Source of the DNA: Pyramidobacter piscolens
Lineage (GTDB): Bacteria > Synergistota > Synergistia > Synergistales > Dethiosulfovibrionaceae
Assembly: GCA_004558205.1 (NCBI GenBank)
Contig: SFDM01000029.1
Span: 18,784-82,783 of the forward strand
Length of the DNA: 64,000 nt
Reading direction: 5' to 3'
Shown piece after piece: positions 10,176 through 18,733 of this stretch. Position 1 is the stretch's first letter; the number at the start of each line of letters is the position of its first letter. Under the pieces are notes generated by a model. That model ran no database searches. It was given only the letters and a program-made list of their open reading frames with translations, and had not been told where the DNA came from. The translations under genes were made by a program, and so were the position numbers.

Positions 10176-11453
10176 TTACTGAATCTCCTGTTCCCTGACC
10201 GCGGGACCCACATACTGGTCCATGACCAACGCAAGATAGAGGTTCAGGCAGGTTTTGAAATCCTTCATGTCCAGGCCGGTGATGCGGTTCATCTTCTCGA
10301 GGCGATAGATCAGCGTGTTCCTGTGAATATGCAGCCGACGCGACGCTTCGATCAGCGAAAAACCGCTTTCGCACCAGCCTTTAATCGTATCACGCATCTC
10401 CTCCCAGTCGGGAAATTTGCGCAGTTTCCCCGTGACGGACTGGATAAAGCGGCTCCTCACCGGCGTATCGAGAGTGGAGATCACGTCCTCAAGGCGAAAA
10501 TCTTTGATGTTGTACACGCCGGGGCTCTGGCAGAATTTTTTTCCGAGAAACAGGGCCTTCCAGGACTCCTGAAAGCTGCCGGCCAGAGCCTGAATCCCCA
10601 GCGCCGGCGACCCCAAACCGATGGCGGCTCTCAATCCGAGCGTCTCAATGGATCTCAAGAGCGTCTCCGACATTTCCCTGACTTTCGCCATCACTTCCGC
10701 CTCATGTTCAAGACCGTTCACGCTGTTTTCCGCGGCGCAGAGCACCACGAAACGGTTGTTGCTGCTGATGGTCGACACGTCGCGGCGCTGGGAGAAAATC
10801 CTGCGGACGCTGGCGAGGACGGCCTTCTTAATACGAAGGATCTTCGTCTCGGCGTCCTTGCCGCCAAATTGGGACTCCTTGCGAATTTGCAGGGCGTAGC
10901 GCCCGAACTGGTACAAATCCACGGCGACGGGTACATAGTACCAGCTCGGGTCATAGCCAAACTCCGAGGCGCGCGCCGTCAGCACCGTCTCGTTGCTGAC
11001 ACCGGGAACGAAGGAGCTCAGATCCTGGATCAGGTTCTGAAGCGTGCTTTCACGGTTGACGGAATAGGCGTAAAGCTCCCGCTCCCGCAGCAGAATCTCA
11101 ATCTGCTTTTTCACGATCAGCGCAAAGGGCCTGACCTTTCCAGGATCGCCGGTGATCGCCATGGTTCCGACAATTTTCCCGTTCATCGCGTGAATCGGAT
11201 AGGTGACCCCCGGAAGGGTTCCCGACAGGTCCTGAGCCTGATATTCCGTGGTTTCGCTGTTGCCGCCGCTGGAAATGACCTCCAGCGAGGCTTCGTGCAT
11301 TTCTCCAATGCGCGCGGCCTTGCTGGCCCCCACCACCACGGCGTCCATGTCGGTGATGATCACGTCATAACCGATAGCCGCCGCCGTGGCCACAGCGATC
11401 TCCTGCGCGCACTTCTGAAGCAGGCCGTTCTCGTCGTCACCGCGTTCCTCCAT
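10176..11453 (-). CDS. CdaR/PucR-family transcriptional regulator
   Basis: N-terminal sugar-diacid recognition domain (IGYDVIITDMDAVVVGAS...RIGEMHEAS) and C-terminal HTH LHIHRNTLIYRLEKM. Confidence 0.92.
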   Translation of the reverse strand: MEERGDDENGLLQKCAQEIAVATAAAIGYDVIITDMDAVVVGASKAARIGEMHEASLEVISSGGNSETTEYQAQDLSGTLPGVTYPIHAMNGKIVGTMAITGDPGKVRPFALIVKKQIEILLRERELYAYSVNRESTLQNLIQDLSSFVPGVSNETVLTARASEFGYDPSWYYVPVAVDLYQFGRYALQIRKESQFGGKDAETKILRIKKAVLASVRRIFSQRRDVSTISSNNRFVVLCAAENSVNGLEHEAEVMAKVREMSETLLRSIETLGLRAAIGLGSPALGIQALAGSFQESWKALFLGKKFCQSPGVYNIKDFRLEDVISTLDTPVRSRFIQSVTGKLRKFPDWEEMRDTIKGWCESGFSLIEASRRLHIHRNTLIYRLEKMNRITGLDMKDFKTCLNLYLALVMDQYVGPAVREQEIQ

Positions 11454-11625
11454 CTTGACACCGCCTTATACAAAAATTGGCCCATCTTCTCCGGCACCGG
11501 CCTCCCGCAAGCCCTATCAGAGTGTCAAAACGAGGGCACCGAAAAACGGAAAGGGACTTTAAACCCCACAAAGGCCTGAAAAAGCCGCCACCTCTTCATT
11601 ACTTTTTCATTCATAGACAGATGCA

Positions 11626-11642
11626 TTGTACTCAAAGTACAA
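11626..11642. promoter_or_regulatory. Candidate CdaR/PucR-family operator
   Basis: Perfect palindrome TTGTAC-N5-GTACAA between cdaR and the divergent reductase operon. Same geometry as the B. subtilis PutR site TTGTGG-N5-CCACAA. Confidence 0.6.
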
Positions 11643-11786
11643 ATCATTTTTCTATTAAGCCACAAAAGCTGTTATTTTGCAACGGTGAGTTTTGATCAAT
11701 ATTTTCATATACTTCAAACAGAGCATAACTGGCGCTCATAATCATGAAAATAGAAACACTGAACTCAAAAAGAGGAGGAATTCTTT

Positions 11787-13070
11787 ATGAGATTGGAACT
11801 TCGCAAAGCTCACGTGAAGGGCCTTGAGTGGGGAAGCCCCACTCGCGTGGAGCAGGGCGTGCTCTACGTGGACAAACAGGCCCTGATCGAGGCGCTGCAG
11901 GACGACCGCATTGAGAGCTGGGACGTGGATCTCGCCCGTCCCGGCGAGTCGGTGCGCATCATCCCCGTCAAGGACGTGATCGAACCCCGCGTCAAACTCG
12001 AGGGCGGCGAGAGCTATTTCGCTTCCGTGGTGGGCCCCAACGACACCGTAGGCGAGGGCGCGACCTTCGTGCTCGACGGCGCGGGAGTGGTCACCGTGGG
12101 TCCCATCATGGCCTTCCAGGAAGGCTTTATCGACATGTCGGGCCCCGCGGCCAAGTTCAGCCCCTTCGCGGGACTGTTCAACGTGGTGGTCAGCGCCGTG
12201 CCCGTCAAGGACCTGGAGAAGCACCAGTACGAAGAGGCTCTGCGCGTGGCGGGACTGAAGGCCGCCGTCCACCTGGCGGAATGCTGCAAGGGCGCGGCTA
12301 TCGACGCCACCGAAGTCTACGAGAAGGGCACCGTGGCCGAGGAGCTGAAAAAGTATCCCGACCTGCCGCCGGTGGTCCATCTCTGCATGTGCATTACCCA
12401 GGGACTGCTCCACGACACCTACGTCTACGGCGCCGACGTGAAGCACACTCTGCCTACGCTGCTCCATCCCAACGAAGTGCTGGACGGCGCCATGGTCTCG
12501 GGCAACTGTGTGTCCGCCTGCGACAAAACCACCACTTGGCACCACCTGCACGACCCCGTGGTGGCCGAACTCTACGCCCAGCACGGCAAGACCGTCAACT
12601 TCCTCGGCATGATCCCCACCCAGGAATCCACGGTCCTGGCCGGCAAGGAGCGCGCCTCTTCGTTCAACGCCCGCCTCGCCCACGAGCTGGGAGCCAAGGG
12701 CGTCATCATCACCGAAGAAGGCTACGGCAACCCCGACACGGACCTCTGCATGAACGTCAACAAGTGCGAAGCCCTGGGCATCAGCTCCGTGGTCATCGCC
12801 GACGAAGCCTCTGGCACCGAAGGCGCGAGCCAGGGCCTAGCCGACGCCACGCCCAAGATGACGGCCTTCGTCTCCTGCGGCAACGTGAACGAGATGCTTG
12901 AAGTGCCCGCCATGGACAAGGTTATCGGCTACATCGAGTCCATCGCCCACGTCTCGGGCGGCGCGGCTGAAAGCCTTCGTCCCGACGGCTCCATGTACGT
13001 GGAGCTCCAGTCCATCATCGGTTCCACCTGCGAGACCGGCTTCAACAAGTCCGGCTCTCTCTGGGTTTAA
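11787..13070 (+). CDS. Glycine/sarcosine/betaine reductase component B proprotein (GrdE/GrdG-like), paralogue 2
   Basis: MRLEL start, ARPGESVRIIPVKDVIEPR, QGLLHDTYVYG, pyruvoyl-cleavage motif SGNCVSACDK, EEGYGNPDTD and SQGLAD. Confidence 0.93.
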   Translation: MRLELRKAHVKGLEWGSPTRVEQGVLYVDKQALIEALQDDRIESWDVDLARPGESVRIIPVKDVIEPRVKLEGGESYFASVVGPNDTVGEGATFVLDGAGVVTVGPIMAFQEGFIDMSGPAAKFSPFAGLFNVVVSAVPVKDLEKHQYEEALRVAGLKAAVHLAECCKGAAIDATEVYEKGTVAEELKKYPDLPPVVHLCMCITQGLLHDTYVYGADVKHTLPTLLHPNEVLDGAMVSGNCVSACDKTTTWHHLHDPVVAELYAQHGKTVNFLGMIPTQESTVLAGKERASSFNARLAHELGAKGVIITEEGYGNPDTDLCMNVNKCEALGISSVVIADEASGTEGASQGLADATPKMTAFVSCGNVNEMLEVPAMDKVIGYIESIAHVSGGAAESLRPDGSMYVELQSIIGSTCETGFNKSGSLWV

Positions 13071-13085
13071 GGAGGCGTTTTTACC

Positions 13086-14399
13086 ATGACATTCAGAGTG
13101 GTTCATTATATCAACCAGTTCTACGCCAACATCGGCGGCGAAGAGATGGCCCACGTGGGCCCCGAGAAGCGCGAGGGCAAGGTCGGCCCGGGCACCGCGC
13201 TGGCCGCCGTCTTCGGCAAGGACGCCGAGATTGTGGGCACCGTCATCTGCGGTGACAACTACTTCAACGAGCATAACGAAGAGGCCAAGAAGCAGCTCCT
13301 CGAGATGGTCAAGAGCTTCAACCCCGACGCCCTCGCGGCCGGCCCCGCTTTCTTCGCCGGACGCTACGGCATGGCCTGCGGCGACTTCTGCGCCACCGTA
13401 CAGGAAGAGCTGGGCATCCCCGCCGTAACGGGCATGTTCCCCGAGAACCCCGGCGCCGAGTCCTTCAGCAAGAAGGTCTACATCGTCAAGACCGCCAACA
13501 GCGCCCGCGGCATGAAAGACGCCGCTCAGGGCATGGGCCGGCTGCTGCTCAAGCTGCTCAAGAAGGAAGAGCTGGGCCCCGCCGCCGCGGAGAACTACCT
13601 GCCCCGCGGACGCCGTAAGGTCTTCTTCCACGAGAAGAACGGCGCTCAGCGCGGCCTGGAGATGCTCCTCGCCAAGATGAAGGGCGAGCCCTTCCAGACC
13701 GAGTACGAGATGCCCACCTTCAACAAGATTGAACCCTGCGCCCCAGTGAAGGACATCAAGAAGGCCACCATCGCCCTGATCACCTCCGGCGGCATCGTGC
13801 CCAAGGGCAACCCCGACAAGATCCGCGTGTCCTCCGCCGAGTCCTATGGCCGCTACGACATCTCCGCGCTCGACGACCTGACCCCGGATAATTACGAGTC
13901 CATCCACGGCGGCTACGACACCCAGTGGGCCAACCAGAACCCCGACGTGGTCCTGCCCCTGGACGTGCTGCGCCAGATGGAGAAGAACGGCGAGATCGGC
14001 AAGATCTACAAGTATGTGTACTGCACCACCGGCACCGGCACCGGCGTTTCCTGGGCCGAGAAGTTCGGTCAGGAAATAGGGCCAGAGCTCAAAGCCGCCG
14101 GCGTCGACGCGGCCATACTCACCTCCACCTGAGGATCCTGCACTCGATGCGGTGCATCGATGTCACGCGAAATTGAAAAGGCGGCAGGAATCCCGGTGGT
14201 CCAGATCGCGACGATCGTCCCGATCATGGTGACCGTCGGCTCGAACAGAATCGTTCCCGGCGTCGCTATTCCTCACCCCGTAGGCAAACCCGAACTGGGC
14301 GACGAAGAGGACAAGAAGACGCGCAGCAAACTGCTGCACAAGGCCCTGGAGGCCATGGTCACGCCCATCGACAAGCAGACCATCTTCAAGGCATTGTAA
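13086..14399 (+). CDS. Glycine/sarcosine/betaine reductase selenoprotein B (GrdB/GrdF/GrdH family), paralogue 2; Sec at TGA 14130-14132
   Basis: HYINQF start. The in-frame TGA gives TSTUGSCTRCGASM (UxxCxxC) and the frame continues into the 14160..14399 ORF (GSNRIVPGVAIPHPVG). Confidence 0.93.
14139..14156 (+). promoter_or_regulatory. Putative bacterial SECIS hairpin
   Basis: TGCAC-TCGATGCG-GTGCA lies 6 nt after the UGA; a near-identical hairpin follows the UGA of the other grdB. Confidence 0.65.
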
Positions 14400-14408
14400 A
14401 TAAATTAA

Positions 14409-14482
14409 GAGTGTGAAGAGCTGGGAGCGAAGCTGAAATTTCCTTCAAGAAACTTCAACTTCACTCACGGCTCTCCACACTC
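14409..14482. other. Long imperfect intergenic hairpin (34-bp arms)
   Basis: GAGTGTGAAGAGCTGGGAGCGAAGCTGAAATTTC pairs with GAAACTTCAACTTCACTCACGGCTCTCCACACTC, 6 mismatches. Confidence 0.6.
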
Positions 14483-14512
14483 ACTTTAAATTTCGGAAAG
14501 GAAGGCACGCAG

Positions 14513-14872
14513 ATGATCATTACCAACAACCCCGACGCAGCGGAGGCAAAACTATTGGAGACAGAGTTCGTACAAGGGACGCCTCTGGACGTTCTTCAAA
14601 GGGTTTCCGAGCGGCTCGACGGAGGGATGCATCTCGTGACGCCTCCCCTTTCGGCCAACAACAGATTGAACCGAAACCCCTACAGATCCATCATCATGAG
14701 CTCCAAAGTCTCATGGTCCGGCAACGAATTTGACCTGCTTGAACGCGGGAGAAACCATCTCGCGCAGCAGGGATTTGTGAACGATATCTCAGCTGACGCG
14801 GATTATCGCTGGATCGACCTTGAACATCTCAGAACCGCCGTTGAAGAGGCTAAAGCCTACAAAACTCTATAG
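14513..14872 (+). CDS. grdX: GrdX-family protein
   Basis: MIITNNP start, HLVTPPLS...NPYRSI and DYRWID motifs; position in a grd operon. Confidence 0.8.
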   Translation: MIITNNPDAAEAKLLETEFVQGTPLDVLQRVSERLDGGMHLVTPPLSANNRLNRNPYRSIIMSSKVSWSGNEFDLLERGRNHLAQQGFVNDISADADYRWIDLEHLRTAVEEAKAYKTL

Positions 14873-14929
14873 CCTTGGGATCTTCGCGCGGTTCTTTTTC
14901 AACAAAAAATATGCGAGAGGATTGATAGG

Positions 14930-16027
14930 ATGGAACAGAAAGTCGATGGAATCAACGTACTTAAGTTTGCGGGAGCTTTTATCGCTTTCCTGATCGGCGC
15001 AGGGTTCGCCACAGGACAGGAAGTGTTTCAATACTTTGCGGCCTACGGCTATGAAGGAATCTGGGTAGCGCTGGGAACCCTTCTGGGGCTGGGCTATGCC
15101 GGGGGCGATGTCATCGCCGTCGGATACAGCGTGAAATTCGACAATACGAACGACATCTATCGTTATTACTGTGGTAAATATATCGGCGGCTTCTATGACT
15201 ATTTCTCCACGATTTTCATCTACATGTCCTACATCGTCATGCTGGCGGGCGCCGGAGCCACAGTGGCGCAGCACTACGGCATGGCTCCTCTGACCGGCGG
15301 GCTCATCATGCTGGCGCTCTCCGTGGGCACGGTCGTTCTCGGCCTAGGCAAGATCGTGGACATCATCGGCTGCCTCGGCCCCTTAATCGTGCTCATCGCC
15401 CTGGGCGTTGGCGTGGGCGCCATTATGATGAACCCCGCGGGGATTTCTGTCGGCGCAGAGCTGACCAAGAATCCGGAATTCCTGAGCACGATTACAAGAG
15501 TCGGCAATAACTGGATTGCCTCAGTCGCTTCTTATGTGGGGTTCTGCATGCTCTGGCTCGCGGCCTTCCTAGCCGCGCTGGGACAGAAGGCCAACAGTAC
15601 CAAAGAAGCCCTAACGGGTACGTCTCTGGGCGCGATCGGCTTCACCCTTGGCGCGCTGATCCTCATGCTCGGCTTCCTGGCTCACATGAGCGAAGTATCC
15701 ACGGCCGATATCCCTTCGCTGATCATCGCCGCCCAAATCTGGGCGCCCGTGGCTTCGGCGTTCTGTATCATCATCATGGCAGGCATCTACACCACGGCCG
15801 TTCCTCTTCTATGGTCCGTCTCGGCCCGCTACGCTCAGGAGAAGACGCCCAAGTTCTACGCCCTCACAATCGGTCTGGGCATAGTCGCCTGCGTGATCGC
15901 TTTCTCGGTCAACTTCAAGACCATTGTTAACGTGATCTACGGCATCAACGGCTACGTGGGCATCCTCCTGATCGTCTTCATGCTTGCTAAACGCTTCGGC
16001 CTCAGCAAGCTCGGAATGAACAAATAG
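14930..16027 (+). CDS. YkvI-family multi-pass membrane protein (putative amino-acid transporter)
   Basis: IGAGFATGQEVFQYF signature, AGIYTTAVPLL and about 10 hydrophobic segments. Confidence 0.8.
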   Translation: MEQKVDGINVLKFAGAFIAFLIGAGFATGQEVFQYFAAYGYEGIWVALGTLLGLGYAGGDVIAVGYSVKFDNTNDIYRYYCGKYIGGFYDYFSTIFIYMSYIVMLAGAGATVAQHYGMAPLTGGLIMLALSVGTVVLGLGKIVDIIGCLGPLIVLIALGVGVGAIMMNPAGISVGAELTKNPEFLSTITRVGNNWIASVASYVGFCMLWLAAFLAALGQKANSTKEALTGTSLGAIGFTLGALILMLGFLAHMSEVSTADIPSLIIAAQIWAPVASAFCIIIMAGIYTTAVPLLWSVSARYAQEKTPKFYALTIGLGIVACVIAFSVNFKTIVNVIYGINGYVGILLIVFMLAKRFGLSKLGMNK

Positions 16028-16060
16028 TTTCTGAAACCTTCTGTATTACACACTCCACTA

Positions 16061-16103
16061 AGAAGCCGCGCCGCTCCCTGCCCTGGGGCTGCGCGGCTTC
16101 TTT
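16061..16103. terminator. Bidirectional terminator
   Basis: AGAAGCCGCGC...GCGCGGCTTCTTT between convergent genes. Confidence 0.7.
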
Positions 16104-16779
16104 AACTCCAATCTCCTGCGTTATCCCGTTTCTTCTGCGTAAAAAGCGCGAAGCCTATGGTGCTGAAGGAACACAGAACGACTACCGACCATGTGGGAAG
16201 TACCTTTACACATCCGAGCAATATGACGGCCACGGCTGTCGCAAAAAAGGCATACTTGGGATGCTTCGTGGCAAAGATAGCGAACAAACCGCCAAAGATG
16301 GACGGCAACACGTAATTCAGAGCGGTGAGAAGGATGGGCGGAAACAGGGAGATGACGAAGTTGCCCGCAATCGCCGCAATCGTCGTTACGAAAAGGTTGG
16401 TAATGATCGAACCAGCCATGCCGAGGGTCGCCACGATCTCGCCCTCGTGAGTCCCCGCGTTGACCTCCAGAACTTCCTGAGCTACGATGGCACAAGGAAC
16501 TCGCATATTAGCGATATTACCTGAGAGGAAGGCCATATAGGTTCCGGCGACGCCTAAAATCGGGAAGTAAGAAATAGGAGTCATAAAGTACTCTACGCCG
16601 TAGATAGAAGCGATCATAAACCAGGCTGTAAAGATCGTACCGGCCGTCGGCACGGCATCATATGCCCACCAGAGGTACAGCACCGGGAAAAAGCACAGTG
16701 GAACTGCGAGCAACAGAGTCCACATGCCAGCGCGAATGATAGGTCTGGTAAATACGCTGTCATAATTATCCATTTCCAT
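16102..16779 (-). CDS. Integral membrane protein, partner of the DUF5058 gene
   Basis: PISYFPILGVAGTYMAFLSGNIANMRVPCA and YVLPSIFG; start MEMDNY behind AGGAGG. Confidence 0.8.
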   Translation of the reverse strand: MEMDNYDSVFTRPIIRAGMWTLLLAVPLCFFPVLYLWWAYDAVPTAGTIFTAWFMIASIYGVEYFMTPISYFPILGVAGTYMAFLSGNIANMRVPCAIVAQEVLEVNAGTHEGEIVATLGMAGSIITNLFVTTIAAIAGNFVISLFPPILLTALNYVLPSIFGGLFAIFATKHPKYAFFATAVAVILLGCVKVLPTWSVVVLCSFSTIGFALFTQKKRDNAGDWS

Positions 16780-16790
16780 GCCGGCGCCTC

Positions 16791-17489
16791 CTAGGATAGG
16801 GTAATCACGGCGGCGGCCATGCCCGCGAGCATAGCGATCCCGAGATTGTATTCGCGAAGCCATTTGGGTGCGAAGCGGATCAGCAGGCACATCGTCACAA
16901 TGGCTGTAATCACCGCCGCAAGGTGTGGGGAGGAGCGGAATCCCTGATCGGCAGCCAGGTAACTGGCCGTCCCTAAAACGGCAGCGCCGCAAATTTCTGA
17001 CATGACGGCAATGTTTCCACCGGTCAATTTTTTCATGAGTCCGCTCATCTTGTCAGTGAAAAGTCCGCAGAAAACAAGCCAGCCGCATCCATTCAGAGTC
17101 ATCGTCCACGTCGAAGCCGCAAACGCTATAAGCCCATATTCAGCCGAGTTCAGCTCTACTCCCATGGCTTTCGCGCCTATGGTGGTCGCCGTCAGTTCCG
17201 TCGTGGCGGCCCCTATAAAGGACAGGCGCAGCCATGTGACAGGGGCCCCAATGACAGCCATCATGCCTATCATGACAATGAAAATGGCAAGCGACGGACC
17301 AATGGCGGACATTGCACCGACTTTAAAAGCTTTCGTACACTGCTCAGACGTAAGTCCAACTGAAGGCGCGGCAATATAAGCGCGGCGTGAAAACAGCCAG
17401 GCCTGCACGCCCACGATCAGCACCGCTGGAAGGCACATAAGCCATAAAACTGGACTGTTAGCTATTCGCAAGTAATCCAATGTGGTCAC
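16791..17489 (-). CDS. DUF5058-family membrane protein
   Basis: ANSPVLW, SAIGPSLAI and GAPVTWLRLSFIGA motifs; hydrophobic. Confidence 0.75.
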   Translation of the reverse strand: MTTLDYLRIANSPVLWLMCLPAVLIVGVQAWLFSRRAYIAAPSVGLTSEQCTKAFKVGAMSAIGPSLAIFIVMIGMMAVIGAPVTWLRLSFIGAATTELTATTIGAKAMGVELNSAEYGLIAFAASTWTMTLNGCGWLVFCGLFTDKMSGLMKKLTGGNIAVMSEICGAAVLGTASYLAADQGFRSSPHLAAVITAIVTMCLLIRFAPKWLREYNLGIAMLAGMAAAVITLS

Positions 17490-17614
17490 CTTCTTCTTAA
17501 GTTCGGGCAGGCATCGTTATGCCTGTTTTTTCCAAAAAAGGCAGGCGGCACAAAACTTGGAAGAATCCGCCCGCCCTTCTGGACAATCTATACTACAGCT
17601 ACGCTGCTCTGGAT

Positions 17615-18349
17615 CTACTTATCGTAGAGACGCTCGTGCTTGCGATATACAGAGGGGTCGATGCCTTCAAGGTATTTGACGACTTCATCGACCGGCACCA
17701 CGTCGGCAAACTTGGCTTCCATGTCAAAAAGGTTCCACTCAATGACACCGGGGACTCGATCGCCAACAGTTCCTTCGGGGACGATGGTCTTGAAGCCGTA
17801 CCCTGTGGAGTCCATGACGGTGTGGCGCACGCAGGCGCAGGATGTAGCCCCCATCACGATGACCGTATCGACGCCAAGGAAGTTAAGGGTCTGCGCGAGA
17901 TGGGTGCCAAAGAAGTTCGACGCGTATTTCTTGTGGATCACGGGCTCTTCAGGGCGCGGCTTAAGCTTGGGATCGATCTGCATCCAGTCGGAGTCGATAT
18001 CGAGGGCGCTCATGGGGATCTTTTCATCCCAGCGGGGAAGGTCCCACTGTTGTTTGCCTACGTACCCCGTCGTGGTGTGGAAAATGGGAACGCCCGATTT
18101 TCTGCCGGCTTCAAGGACTTTCAGAGCTTCCGCGCAAACTTCCACCGAGTGGTCGCAGGTAAAAGGATGGCCCTCGCTCATCCACGCCTTGGCCATATCC
18201 ACGGTGGTGATGGCGGGAGCCTTGCCGTACCCCATTTTTCTCATGAATCCTCGTTCTTTGTAGATCTTTCTGGCCTCTGCGAAGGCTTCCTTCAGCAGAG
18301 CTTCGTTAAAGCCGTAATTGTCGATAAATTTGTAATCTTTATTTTCCAT
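17615..18349 (-). CDS. Isochorismatase-family cysteine hydrolase, N-carbamoylsarcosine amidase-like
   Basis: Triad D(VDMA)/K(KKYAS)/C(ACVRHT). Segments YKERGFMRKMGYG, GHPFTC and GDRVPGVIEWNLFD closely recall Arthrobacter N-carbamoylsarcosine amidohydrolase (comparison from memory). Confidence 0.8.
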   Translation of the reverse strand: MENKDYKFIDNYGFNEALLKEAFAEARKIYKERGFMRKMGYGKAPAITTVDMAKAWMSEGHPFTCDHSVEVCAEALKVLEAGRKSGVPIFHTTTGYVGKQQWDLPRWDEKIPMSALDIDSDWMQIDPKLKPRPEEPVIHKKYASNFFGTHLAQTLNFLGVDTVIVMGATSCACVRHTVMDSTGYGFKTIVPEGTVGDRVPGVIEWNLFDMEAKFADVVPVDEVVKYLEGIDPSVYRKHERLYDK

Positions 18350-18589
18350 GATGATACCCTTCCCTTCCGTCTCTGTCATATAAAGTATTATTTTCTTACG
18401 TCTCACTCACGATGATCGTCAACCTGCTCCGGATACAGGCCAACTTAGCTATGCAGGACTCCCGAAAAAAGATATCCCCTTTGGGAATTGTGCACTCGTC
18501 CCAAGGAATCTGGTCATTTGACGTCTTTTTTCCGTCCTTGAAAAGAGTATAGTAAAAATCACCTTGCTTGTAAATATGTAGTCAAATAG

Positions 18590-18622
18590 TTGTCATGCTT
18601 TGTACTATGACAAAACATGACA
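18590..18622. promoter_or_regulatory. Candidate operator between the amidase operon and the HTH regulator
   Basis: TTGTCAT-N10-ATGACAA inverted repeat plus a second ATGACA 10 bp downstream. Confidence 0.4.
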
Positions 18623-18733
18623 GAAGAAATAATTTTATCTCCGATAAATTACAAACTTGTGCAGCATAATACACTTAGAGATGAAGGAGATAACGGTTTT
18701 CAAAAACTGTTTTCAGGAAAAGGAGCGATAAAA

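Noticed and set aside
14130..14132. grdB/grdA genes as nonsense pseudogenes (also 54875 and 56291)
   Set aside because: Each TGA falls exactly at the known selenocysteine position and the frame continues with conserved sequence.
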